From an uncultured Clostridia bacterium (GTDB lineage: Bacteria; Bacillota; Clostridia; Christensenellales; CAG-917), in contig CALABJ010000017.1 of assembly GCA_937885645.1 (NCBI GenBank), forward strand, positions 25,270 to 89,269: 64,000 bases of DNA, in the 5' to 3' direction. The notes beneath the pieces were generated by a model that saw nothing but the letters and a program-made list of their open reading frames with translations, did not search any database and was not told the origin of the DNA. The position numbers and the translations under genes were made by a program. Of this stretch, positions 9,211 through 17,319 are shown piece after piece (position 1 is the stretch's first letter; every line of letters begins with the position of its first letter).

Positions 9211-10661
9211 CTTCTTGCCACGTCAAAATCACTGTATGGGATTCTCTTCCCCTTGACTTCAAGATATTCCTCGTTGCCCTTGCCTGCAATGACAACTGTG
9301 TCTCCCTCTACCATTTCACTTATTGCGTGGATGATTGCTTCAGTGCGGTCAAGGATACACTTGTAGTTGCGCCCTGCAAATCCCACTTCTATGTCACGAA
9401 GGATATTCTCCGCATTTTCTCCTCGGGGATTATCCGTTGTCACCACAACGTAGTCGCTGTAGTTTTCGGCAATTTCACCCATAAGAGCCCGCTTTGCTTT
9501 ATCTCTTTCACCCCCACAACCGAAAACTGTGATAAGCCGTGACTTTGTGATTGTCCGCGCTGTGGACAAAAGTTGTTGAAGTCCGTCGGGCGTGTGGGCA
9601 TAATCTATGATTATGGTTCCTTTTTCTGCCCGTAAAACACTGAATCTCCCCTTGACGTTTTTCACTTTCTTCACCGCTCTTGCCAGCGCTTCTCCGTGGA
9701 CACCTAGTTCGGCACATACGGTGAGAGATGCAAGGAGATTGTACACGTTGAATTCCCCATACAAAGATGACCGTATATCCACCAAATCGTCACAAAGGTT
9801 TGCAACAAATCGTATTCCGTCAATACCCTCATACACGTCAATGGCAAATGCATCTGCCGGATTATTGAGTCCGTAAGTGACGACGTCCATATCACTCTTA
9901 TCCAACATGGAGGCAAGTCTTTTCCCTGCATTGTCATCTACGTTGACAACCGCTTTTTTCACGTATTTTGGACAAAAATATGATAGTTTTGTCTTTTCGT
10001 AGTCCTTGAAGGTGTGGAAAAAGTCCAAATGGTCCTGCGTCACGTTGGTGAGCACTGCAATATCTGCCACGATACCACACATTTTTTTGAGATATATGGC
10101 GTGAGCGCTGACCTCACTGACAACAACCTCAACCCCTTTTGCTCTCATTTTGAAAAGCAATGAGTTCATTTCGTATGGGTCGGGTGTTGTCAACGTGTGA
10201 GCGACTTTTTCACCCAAGATATAATGCCCCTCCGTACCGATTAAACCCGTTTTGAATCCGCAATTTGTCAAAATTGAATTGATATAATGGGCGGTTGAAG
10301 TTTTGCCGTTTGTGCCCACAACTGCCACAAATTTCATGCCCTCAAGAGGGTGTGCAAAATAGTTTGAAGAAATGATAGCGTAAGCCTCTCTTACGTCTTC
10401 AACTTGAACGTATTTTATATCCGTATTTTGAGGAGGAATTTCAGTGATTGCCACAAAATTTTTCTTGATTTCGTCAAGGTGTTTGTTGCCGTCATCGCGG
10501 ACACCTTTCATACACAAGAAAAGGTCACCATCATCAACTGATTTTGAGTGGATTTTTATATCTTTAACTTCAAAATTTTCATCTACGTTTGTGCTTAAAA
10601 TCTTTAATCCGTCAAGTAAAGTTTTCAGTGTCATATTTTGCCTCCAACCAGTTTTGTACAC
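9192..10661 (-). CDS. murE: UDP-MurNAc-L-Ala-D-Glu--2,6-diaminopimelate ligase MurE
   Basis: 489 aa with P-loop GTNGKTS and the DNPR motif (TTDNPRGE) typical of meso-DAP-adding enzymes. Confidence 0.92.
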   Translation of the reverse strand: MYKTGWRQNMTLKTLLDGLKILSTNVDENFEVKDIKIHSKSVDDGDLFLCMKGVRDDGNKHLDEIKKNFVAITEIPPQNTDIKYVQVEDVREAYAIISSNYFAHPLEGMKFVAVVGTNGKTSTAHYINSILTNCGFKTGLIGTEGHYILGEKVAHTLTTPDPYEMNSLLFKMRAKGVEVVVSEVSAHAIYLKKMCGIVADIAVLTNVTQDHLDFFHTFKDYEKTKLSYFCPKYVKKAVVNVDDNAGKRLASMLDKSDMDVVTYGLNNPADAFAIDVYEGIDGIRFVANLCDDLVDIRSSLYGEFNVYNLLASLTVCAELGVHGEALARAVKKVKNVKGRFSVLRAEKGTIIIDYAHTPDGLQQLLSTARTITKSRLITVFGCGGERDKAKRALMGEIAENYSDYVVVTTDNPRGENAENILRDIEVGFAGRNYKCILDRTEAIIHAISEMVEGDTVVIAGKGNEEYLEVKGKRIPYSDFDVARRWGQAR

Positions 10662-10731
10662 TTATTTTAATAAGTGTATTTACGCTGGTCAATAGGACCG
10701 CAAAACTAGTCACCAACCGAAAATATTTGCA

Positions 10732-12528
10732 CTATTCAACCAAATCTATATAGTCCTCAACGTTGTCAGGATTGAAACTGCTTTCAACGTCAAAATCATT
10801 GGATTTTGGCAAACTAAACAGGTCAAAAACACTGCGGAAAATATCGCCCACAAGAGGTGCTGCCACAAGTGAGCCGTAGTAAACGTATCCCTTGGGCTCG
10901 TCAACGATCATAAGCACTCCATAAGGCGCGCCTGCTTCCAGTGAAAAGCCAAGGAAAGACGAGATATATTTCCCTTGTGCAATTCCGCCGTTTTCATACT
11001 TTTGTGCAGTGCCTGTCTTCCCTGCAATGTTATATCCATTGACACCTGCACCTTTTCCACTGCCGTGAGACACAACCCTTGACAGCAATTCACGCATAGT
11101 AGCCGAGGTATCACCGCTGACAACCGTATTTTTTTCTTCGATTACAAAAACATCATCTATCTTGTTGCCTTTTTCATCGGTAAATCCTTTTACAAGATGA
11201 GGCGTCACTGTCTTTCCGCCATTTACCACCGCCGAGCAAGCGGTCATCATACCAATGGGAGTCACTGCAACCGCTTGACCAAATCCTATGCGGGCAAGGT
11301 CAACAGTCTTTACAAGGTCTTGGGATATGAATATCCCACTTGTTTCACCAGTCATATCAACACCAGTCTTTGCACGCAATCCAAAATTTTTGAGATAGGT
11401 GTAAAACTTGTCAGTGCCCATAGCAAGTGCGCTGTCCATAAACACACAGTTGCAACTGCTCTCCACTCCCTCTCCAAAATCTATTGAGCCGTGACCTTTT
11501 GTCTTCCAACAACGAATCCTTTTGCCGTCAACAATACGAAATCCCGGGCAATAAAACCTTTTCGCAGTATTCATAGCCCCTGTATCAAGAGCCGCTGCGG
11601 CAGTCAAAATTTTGAAAGTTGACCCCGGCTCATACACCGAAGACACAAGCATACTTTTTGAAGATGAAAACAATTTTTCAAGATCATCTCTTGGCACGTT
11701 GTTTAGATCAAAAGACGGATATTCCGCAAGGGATATAATTTCACCATTTGTATAGTCCATCACAAGACAAGCCACTGCCTTCGGGTCGTATAAAGCAACC
11801 GCCTTTTCAACTGCACCTTCAACAATTTCTTGCACCCTGCTATCAAGCGTAGTGGTCAAATTCAGTCCGCTGATAGATGGTAAATAATAGTTTTCACCGC
11901 CTTCGATTTCTCTGCCGACTAGGTCGGTTTCAGTCAAAATATATCCGTTTATTCCTGTGAGATACTTGTCATAATAGGCTTCAAGCCCAGTTTGTCCATT
12001 TCCGTCTGCACCAGTGAAACCAAGCACTTGCGTCATAAAATCGCCGTATGGATAATAGCGGAAGTTATCCTCAGAATAATACAACCCATCAAACCCCATA
12101 TCAAACAAAGCGGACATTTGCTCCTTGGTCACTTTTGTTGCGACAGTCACCTCAGAAACTTTCTTTGATATTTTTTCAAGGACTTTGTCCTTGTCATAGC
12201 CAAAAACCTCCGCAAGACACTGGGCTAGACCTTCTTTATCGGTTGCGGAGTTTGGGCGGACGTACAAGTTGTATCGTGTGGCAGTGCCTGCAAGCACAAC
12301 TCCATTTCGGTCGAGAATTTGACCTCTAGGCGCATCGTTTGGCAAGTCTCTTGTCCATTGGTCAAGAGCTTTCACTTGAAGGCTTTTCCCCTCAACAAGC
12401 ATAACGTGTATGAGTTTTGCAAAAATTAAAGTAAACAAAAAAACTGCCAGCAATATTGAAGCAAGCAGTCTTTTCTTTGGAAGATATGATTGAGTACTTT
12501 TATTTGATGTAGAAGTTGAACGCGCCAT
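10732..12528 (-). CDS. Class B penicillin-binding protein (FtsI / SpoVD / PBP2B type)
   Basis: 598 aa with an N-terminal TM anchor, a dimerisation domain and transpeptidase motifs STFK and KTGTA. No PASTA domains seen. dcw position. Confidence 0.9.
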   Translation of the reverse strand: MARSTSTSNKSTQSYLPKKRLLASILLAVFLFTLIFAKLIHVMLVEGKSLQVKALDQWTRDLPNDAPRGQILDRNGVVLAGTATRYNLYVRPNSATDKEGLAQCLAEVFGYDKDKVLEKISKKVSEVTVATKVTKEQMSALFDMGFDGLYYSEDNFRYYPYGDFMTQVLGFTGADGNGQTGLEAYYDKYLTGINGYILTETDLVGREIEGGENYYLPSISGLNLTTTLDSRVQEIVEGAVEKAVALYDPKAVACLVMDYTNGEIISLAEYPSFDLNNVPRDDLEKLFSSSKSMLVSSVYEPGSTFKILTAAAALDTGAMNTAKRFYCPGFRIVDGKRIRCWKTKGHGSIDFGEGVESSCNCVFMDSALAMGTDKFYTYLKNFGLRAKTGVDMTGETSGIFISQDLVKTVDLARIGFGQAVAVTPIGMMTACSAVVNGGKTVTPHLVKGFTDEKGNKIDDVFVIEEKNTVVSGDTSATMRELLSRVVSHGSGKGAGVNGYNIAGKTGTAQKYENGGIAQGKYISSFLGFSLEAGAPYGVLMIVDEPKGYVYYGSLVAAPLVGDIFRSVFDLFSLPKSNDFDVESSFNPDNVEDYIDLVE

Positions 12529-13261
12529 GGTTATAGTTTATTTCAGGCACGTCCACAATATTACTTGTGTTTGCGTCCGCGGACACCACACCCGAGATGG
12601 AGGAGGAAGGTGTGGTGGCGGAACCGCTATTGAGGTCGCCTGCGTTGACGATAATCAACACAGCAACGAGTATGATCACTGCAACGTACACGCCAAGAAG
12701 AATCTTGCCCTTTGTGGTGAGGCGTGCTTTCTTTTGGGTGTCGTTCTTTTGCTTTGTCTTGACATGGGTGAACTCACTTGTTCTTTGAACTTCTTTTTCA
12801 GTCTTTTGAACAGGACGTGCCACTGCTCCAGTTGAAGACAATCTGTCATAGAGTTCTCTGTCAGAAGGTCTTTCCTTGTCTTGACGTGCGTATTCATAAA
12901 GTGTATTCACACTTTCTTCAACTTGGACAGGTTCAGCATAAACAGGTCTTTCGATGGTTTGAACCGCTTGTGCTTCTCTGCGTGCGCGGAGTGCGTCAAA
13001 ATTATAGTCGATGTTTTGATATTCACTTTGCATAGGACGTGCATAAGGACGAGTGGCTTCATACTCTCTCATGAATTCAACACTACGTGCACCGTTTGAT
13101 TGAGGTGCGGGAGTGTATCCATTGTATGAAACGCGCTCTTCATTTTGATAAGCACGGTTTCTTCTTGTGAAATCATCATATGACGGAAAACGATCCATAG
13201 GTTCAGCATCGTTTCTTGTCCTGGTGTTCATGCCAAGCAATTCATCAAGTGTGATAGCCAT
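12500..13261 (-). CDS. Hypothetical single-pass membrane protein in the FtsL slot
   Basis: 253 aa. AAGGAG Shine-Dalgarno before the ATG. About 190 aa of R/E/Y/Q-rich low-complexity N-terminus, one TM (ILLGVYVAVIILVAVLIIV) and a tail of about 45 aa. Overlaps the PBP start by 29 nt. Confidence 0.6.
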   Translation of the reverse strand: MAITLDELLGMNTRTRNDAEPMDRFPSYDDFTRRNRAYQNEERVSYNGYTPAPQSNGARSVEFMREYEATRPYARPMQSEYQNIDYNFDALRARREAQAVQTIERPVYAEPVQVEESVNTLYEYARQDKERPSDRELYDRLSSTGAVARPVQKTEKEVQRTSEFTHVKTKQKNDTQKKARLTTKGKILLGVYVAVIILVAVLIIVNAGDLNSGSATTPSSSISGVVSADANTSNIVDVPEINYNHGAFNFYIK

Positions 13262-13273
13262 AATTTTCTCCTT

Positions 13274-14209
13274 CTATACTCTTTCGACTATACGCAGTTT
13301 TGCACTTTCTGCACGTGAATTTCTGTTGAGTTCTTCTTGTGATGCTACAATGGGCTTTTTGTTGACCAGCTCCACTTCTTTCACCTTGCCACATACACAC
13401 ACAGGGAAATCAGGTGGGCACGTACAAGACAGAGCCATATCTTTAAATGCTGTTTTGACAATTCTGTCTTCAAGGGAGTGGAAGGTGATAACCGCCATTC
13501 TACCGCCCTTTTTCAGTCGTCTTGCCATATTTGTCACTGTGTCGCCAAGACCGGTAAGTTCATTGTTGACACAAATGCGAATTGCTTGGAAAGTTCTTTT
13601 TGCAGGGTGTCCGTATTTCCATCTTGTTTTTGCAGGATAGCAACCTTCCACAAGTTTTGCCAGTTGCAGTGTGGTTGAGATTGTCTCTTTATCTCTCACT
13701 GCGGCAATTCTTTCTGCAATGCGGGGTGCCAACTTCTCTTCGCCATACTCATAGAGTATCTTTGTCAGTTGACTCACCGTGAACTCGTTGACCACGTTGA
13801 ATGCTGTAAGGAATTGACTTTGATCCATTCTCATATCAAGGGGTGCGTCCTTCATATAACTGAATCCGCGTTCTGCGTTGTCAAGTTGATATGAGCTGAC
13901 ACCAAGGTCAAGGAGTATGCCGTCCACTTCATCAATGCCCAGTTCGTCAAGAACGGTACAGCAATTTTTGAAGTCGTCGTGCACGTATGTTATTTTTGAC
14001 GCGTGTGCGTGAAGCTTTGCACCTGCCGCCATCAATGCATCTGCGTCACGGTCGATTGCAATGAGTCTTCCCTTTTCACCAAGTCTTTTGACGATTTCAA
14101 GTGAATGACCACCGCCTCCGAGAGTTCCGTCAACGTATATGCCGTCTTCTTTAATTTTCAGTCCGTCGATGCACTCATCCAGCAATACGGAAACGTGAGA
14201 AAATTCCAT
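13274..14209 (-). CDS. rsmH: 16S rRNA (cytosine1402-N4)-methyltransferase RsmH (MraW)
   Basis: 311 aa with motifs VDGTLGGGGHS, DLGVSSYQLD and ITFHSLEDR. Confidence 0.95.
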   Translation of the reverse strand: MEFSHVSVLLDECIDGLKIKEDGIYVDGTLGGGGHSLEIVKRLGEKGRLIAIDRDADALMAAGAKLHAHASKITYVHDDFKNCCTVLDELGIDEVDGILLDLGVSSYQLDNAERGFSYMKDAPLDMRMDQSQFLTAFNVVNEFTVSQLTKILYEYGEEKLAPRIAERIAAVRDKETISTTLQLAKLVEGCYPAKTRWKYGHPAKRTFQAIRICVNNELTGLGDTVTNMARRLKKGGRMAVITFHSLEDRIVKTAFKDMALSCTCPPDFPVCVCGKVKEVELVNKKPIVASQEELNRNSRAESAKLRIVERV

Positions 14210-14210
14210 T

Positions 14211-14672
14211 TTACACTCCGTGCTTTTTCAGATTATCAAGGACCTTGTCAAGATTTGCCTTGTTGAGGATGCTATATCTTTCGTCCCAAACTTCTGCGGA
14301 CCAAACTTCGAGATAAGTTCCCTTGCCTACGAAGACCATATCTTTGTCAATTGATGCGCAAGAACAAAGTTCCTTTGAAAGTCTTACACGACCTTGAGGA
14401 TCTTCGGTCAGCTTGTCTGCTGCACCTAAGATTGTGGTGGCTGCATCAATCTTTTCATCTCCGCCATAAAGTTCGTCAGTGTCAAGTTTTTCAAGGACCT
14501 TTTCGAACTTTTCGTAAGGGATGATATAAAGGCAACAATGGTTTCCGTCCACTTTTCTGCCCGGAAGAATATAAGAAGTGCCGCCCAGTGCCTCACGGAA
14601 CTTGGCAGGTATTCTCATTCTATCTTTTTCGTCAAGTTGATGACGAACGTTGCCGAGCATAAAATCGAGCAT
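14211..14672 (-). CDS. mraZ: Transcriptional regulator MraZ
   Basis: Two SpoVT/AbrB-like halves with DxxxR motifs (DEKDRMRIP, DPQGRVRL). Start set at ATG 14672 (GGGTGG upstream) because the ORF-track start at 14711 lies upstream of the predicted -10 box. Confidence 0.88.
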   Translation of the reverse strand: MLDFMLGNVRHQLDEKDRMRIPAKFREALGGTSYILPGRKVDGNHCCLYIIPYEKFEKVLEKLDTDELYGGDEKIDAATTILGAADKLTEDPQGRVRLSKELCSCASIDKDMVFVGKGTYLEVWSAEVWDERYSILNKANLDKVLDNLKKHGV

Positions 14673-14701
14673 AAACCACCCTACTTTCTTTATTCGAGCA
14701 T

Positions 14702-14755
14702 AGTATAACACACGCGATGACCACTGTCAACCACTTTTTTTACTGAATTTCCCAC
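14702..14755 (-). promoter_or_regulatory. dcw/mraZ promoter (TTGACA-17-TATACT) with three AGTGG(G/T) direct repeats (candidate MraZ boxes)
   Basis: On the minus strand, TTGACA lies at 14730..14725 and TATACT at 14707..14702, with a 17-nt spacer. GTGG repeats are at 14755..14752, 14734..14731 and 14724..14721 (spacing 21 and 10 nt), overlapping the -35. Confidence 0.7.
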
Positions 14756-14923
14756 TTTTTTTTAGTTAACTTGTCAACTATATGCAAAAATGCAATTTTC
14801 TCTGCCTTTTGCACCAAATTTGAGCAAATTATTTACACCAAAAAACGGCTCTTATTCGCCCTTCTCTCACCAAAAACAAACCGCTCGCATATTGTATAGC
14901 GACAACAAATAGGAGGTAAAAAG

Positions 14924-15565
14924 ATGTCTTTTTGCAACAACAATGGCGCTGATAGATGCCCAGGGAATATCAGCGGAAACCCAATCAATGGACTGAGTGA
15001 AAAGGTTTGTATTCAAGCACGAAAAGTGTTTGATGCTTGCATGACTCAATCCACCCTAGAATCAACCACCGTCACACTGACAAATCTAACCCCCGCAGAC
15101 CCTGCTCTGCCTTTGACTTTTGTCAGCGGTCAATCAACCACTAGTGTAGGCACGGTCACCGCCCTCACAGTCACTCCCTTGTCTGACAGACAAGGATTGT
15201 CAAGAGTTCAAGCCACAATCTCAATCCCCGTAGTCATCAACTACACCGATGCAAACGGCGTTGCAGGCAGTGGCACAGGCACCATAACCTATCAACAAGA
15301 CGTGGTGATGTGTGTCCCCACAGGAAGTGTATTCCCTGTTGAACTTGCAGCAAGAGTTAATATGGCAAGCCCCAATGGTGTGTACATAAGCGATAGCACC
15401 TTCTCAATCACCGCCTGCACAACCGTAGTTCTCAAAGTGGAAGCAGACGTCGAACTTCTCATACCCTCATACGGCTACTGCCGTATCCCAGAATGCACAC
15501 CATTTTCACAAGAGGTGTGTCAAGGAGTGTTTGACTTGCCGCTCTTCCCCACTTGCAACCAGTAA
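14924..15565 (+). CDS. Hypothetical Cys-rich, Thr/Val-rich (beta-rich) protein
   Basis: 213 aa with a strong Shine-Dalgarno (AGGAGGTAAAAAG-ATG). 11 Cys are clustered at both termini (CNNNGADRC, VCIQARKVFDAC, YCRIPEC, VCQG, TC). No signal peptide or TM. Followed by a terminator. Confidence 0.7.
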   Translation: MSFCNNNGADRCPGNISGNPINGLSEKVCIQARKVFDACMTQSTLESTTVTLTNLTPADPALPLTFVSGQSTTSVGTVTALTVTPLSDRQGLSRVQATISIPVVINYTDANGVAGSGTGTITYQQDVVMCVPTGSVFPVELAARVNMASPNGVYISDSTFSITACTTVVLKVEADVELLIPSYGYCRIPECTPFSQEVCQGVFDLPLFPTCNQ

Positions 15566-15580
15566 AGTCAAAACAAAAAA

Positions 15581-15605
15581 AGGACGGCAAAACCGTCCTT
15601 TTAAT
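15581..15605. terminator. Bidirectional rho-independent terminator
   Basis: AGGACGG-caaaa-CCGTCCT flanked by an A-run and a T-run, between convergent genes. Confidence 0.75.
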
Positions 15606-15628
15606 TTTTCAATTTTCTACATTTTTCG

Positions 15629-15838
15629 CTATTCTAACCCTACCAAATAATCAATTGATACGTCAAAATACTTTGCAAGCGCAATAAGATACGACATCGT
15701 AGGCTCACGCTTTTCGTTTTCCCACAAACTTATTATACCCTTGCTTACACCAAGGTCTAGCGCAAGTTTAACCTGCCCTATTCCAGCGCCTTCACGCAAT
15801 GCTCTTAAATTTTTTCCAAATGTGTTTTTGTTTTCCAT
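15629..15838 (-). CDS. XRE-family helix-turn-helix transcriptional regulator (HTH only)
   Basis: 69 aa with a classic Cro/C1 HTH (GKNLRALREGAGIGQVKLALDLGVSKGIISLWENEKREPT). Confidence 0.9.
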   Translation of the reverse strand: MENKNTFGKNLRALREGAGIGQVKLALDLGVSKGIISLWENEKREPTMSYLIALAKYFDVSIDYLVGLE

Positions 15839-15858
15839 ATTCGTATTTTCTCACAAAA

Positions 15859-15900
15859 GTAAGAAAATATCTTGACTTCTTACTATTGTAAGATTATAAT
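15859..15900 (+). promoter_or_regulatory. Near-consensus promoter TTGACT-17-TATAAT with an embedded palindromic operator CTTAC-TATT-GTAAG
   Basis: -35 at 15872..15877 and -10 at 15895..15900. The inverted repeat at 15879..15892 sits in the spacer, with an extra GTAAG at 15859..15863. Divergent from the XRE gene. Confidence 0.65.
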
Positions 15901-15965
15901 TTAATCAACGAGATTGAAAACTCGCTAGCAATGAAAACACCTCCCCGTTTTTATTGCAAAAAAAA

Positions 15966-15990
15966 GGACGGCTTTTAGCCGTTCTTTTCA
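15966..15990 (+). terminator. Rho-independent terminator ending a transcript of about 85 nt from the 15895 promoter
   Basis: GGACGGC-tttta-GCCGTTC followed by TTTTCATTTTT, and preceded by an A8 run. Confidence 0.6.
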
Positions 15991-16037
15991 TTTTTGAAAA
16001 CAATTTTCAATATATCCGCTATTTTTTACGTTTACAT

Positions 16038-16066
16038 TTGAAATCCAGCAGGTTTTGTGATACACT
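16038..16066 (+). promoter_or_regulatory. Promoter TTGAAA-17-(TGa)TACACT feeding a leaderless ATG
   Basis: -35 at 16038..16043, extended -10 TGaTACACT at 16058..16066. The ATG at 16073 is 7 nt after the -10, with no Shine-Dalgarno. Confidence 0.55.
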
Positions 16067-16072
16067 ATGTGT

Positions 16073-16762
16073 ATGAAAGTTTTTGCAATCAGTGATCTCC
16101 ATCTCTCTACTGCCGTCCATAAGCCTATGGATGTTTTTGGCGCAGACTGGGACAACTACTTTGAAAAGATCACCGCAGACTGGAAAGAAAAGGTGACCGA
16201 TGAGGACATTGTCCTCATCGGCGGAGATATTTCTTGGGGGATTTCCATTGAAGAAGCTGCGCCTGACTTTGCATTGCTTTCTGCCCTTCCTGGTTGCAAG
16301 GTCGTTTTGAGAGGCAACCACGATTATTACTGGAACTCTCTTGGCAAAATGCGCACCGCGTTTCCTGACTTTTTGTTCTTGCAGAACAACTGCATCCGCA
16401 TCGGCAACCTTTTAGTTGCTGGCTCAAGAGGCTGGACAATCCCCACAAACGATTCTTCTGCCGAGGACGTCAAAATCTATCAGCGCGAACTTCTTCGCCT
16501 TAAAATGTCCCTTGACGCCATGAAAGAACAACGTTGTGATGAAGACAACGTAGTTGCACTTCTCCATTACCCTCCCTTTGACGTTTTATTCAACGACAGT
16601 GAGGTGACGGCGCTTCTCGAAGAATACAAGGTCGACAAGGTCCTGTACGGCCATTTGCACGGCAAAAACGCCCGTGTCAACCCAGTTGTCAACAAAAACG
16701 GTATCAGCTATCATTTGACCTCCTGTGACCTTATAGGCAACAAACTTATTGAAGTTTTATAA
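16073..16762 (+). CDS. Calcineurin-like metallophosphoesterase
   Basis: Motifs MKVFAISDLHL, GGDISW, LRGNHDYYW, HYPP and GHLHG. Start taken at the second in-frame ATG (16073). Confidence 0.85.
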   Translation: MKVFAISDLHLSTAVHKPMDVFGADWDNYFEKITADWKEKVTDEDIVLIGGDISWGISIEEAAPDFALLSALPGCKVVLRGNHDYYWNSLGKMRTAFPDFLFLQNNCIRIGNLLVAGSRGWTIPTNDSSAEDVKIYQRELLRLKMSLDAMKEQRCDEDNVVALLHYPPFDVLFNDSEVTALLEEYKVDKVLYGHLHGKNARVNPVVNKNGISYHLTSCDLIGNKLIEVL

Positions 16763-16817
16763 ACAAGTTTATAACAAGCAAAGAAAACCTTTGCTTTCTC
16801 AACGATATTTAGACACA

Positions 16818-17207
16818 ATGAACAAAACAATCAATCTACGTCCCCATCATCTTCTTTGCATTGCCTTCTTCAAAGGCAAGGGTTATAGCGATGAATTTGT
16901 GTCCAATATGACCAGCATTGTGTCCACACTTAAAGAAAACAAAGACTCTCCCATTTCATTGGTATCGGGAGAAGACGACCTTTGCGGCCACTGCCCCAAC
17001 AATCAAAACGGCATCTGCACAGCCGAAGACAAATCATCAAGATATGACCAACTGACTTTATCCGTACTCGGCATAGACACATACCCACACTCCACAATCA
17101 CATACTCTACACTTCGAGCACTGGCCGATGAAAGAATAATCAACTGTGGAAAACGTGAAAACATCTGTGGCGATTGTGAATGGACAGACCTCTGCCACAA
17201 GCAATAA
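16818..17207 (+). CDS. DUF1284-family protein (Cys-rich, probable metal or Fe-S binding)
   Basis: Family signature RPHHLLCIAFFKGKGYSDEF ... DDLCGHCPN ... GIC. Start taken at MNKTINL (ATG 16818). Confidence 0.75.
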   Translation: MNKTINLRPHHLLCIAFFKGKGYSDEFVSNMTSIVSTLKENKDSPISLVSGEDDLCGHCPNNQNGICTAEDKSSRYDQLTLSVLGIDTYPHSTITYSTLRALADERIINCGKRENICGDCEWTDLCHKQ

Positions 17208-17233
17208 TGCATAAACAAACGCAAACAAAAAAA

Positions 17234-17260
17234 CTCGCATCACTGCGAGTTTTATTTTTT
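17234..17260 (+). terminator. Rho-independent terminator
   Basis: CTCGCA-tcac-TGCGAG followed by TTTTATTTTTT. Confidence 0.7.
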
Positions 17261-17319
17261 ACATTTTTCGATTATTTTTTGGAAAAGTATTCCGATTTTT
17301 ACTATTTTTTAGAGTGGTT

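Noticed and set aside
15931-15978. 15-codon ORF MKTPPRFYCKKKDGF as a signalling peptide or toxin
   Set aside because: It has no Shine-Dalgarno, its stop codon is buried in the terminator stem, and the XRE neighbour has no peptide-sensing domain. I kept it only as a note within the XRE-switch finding.
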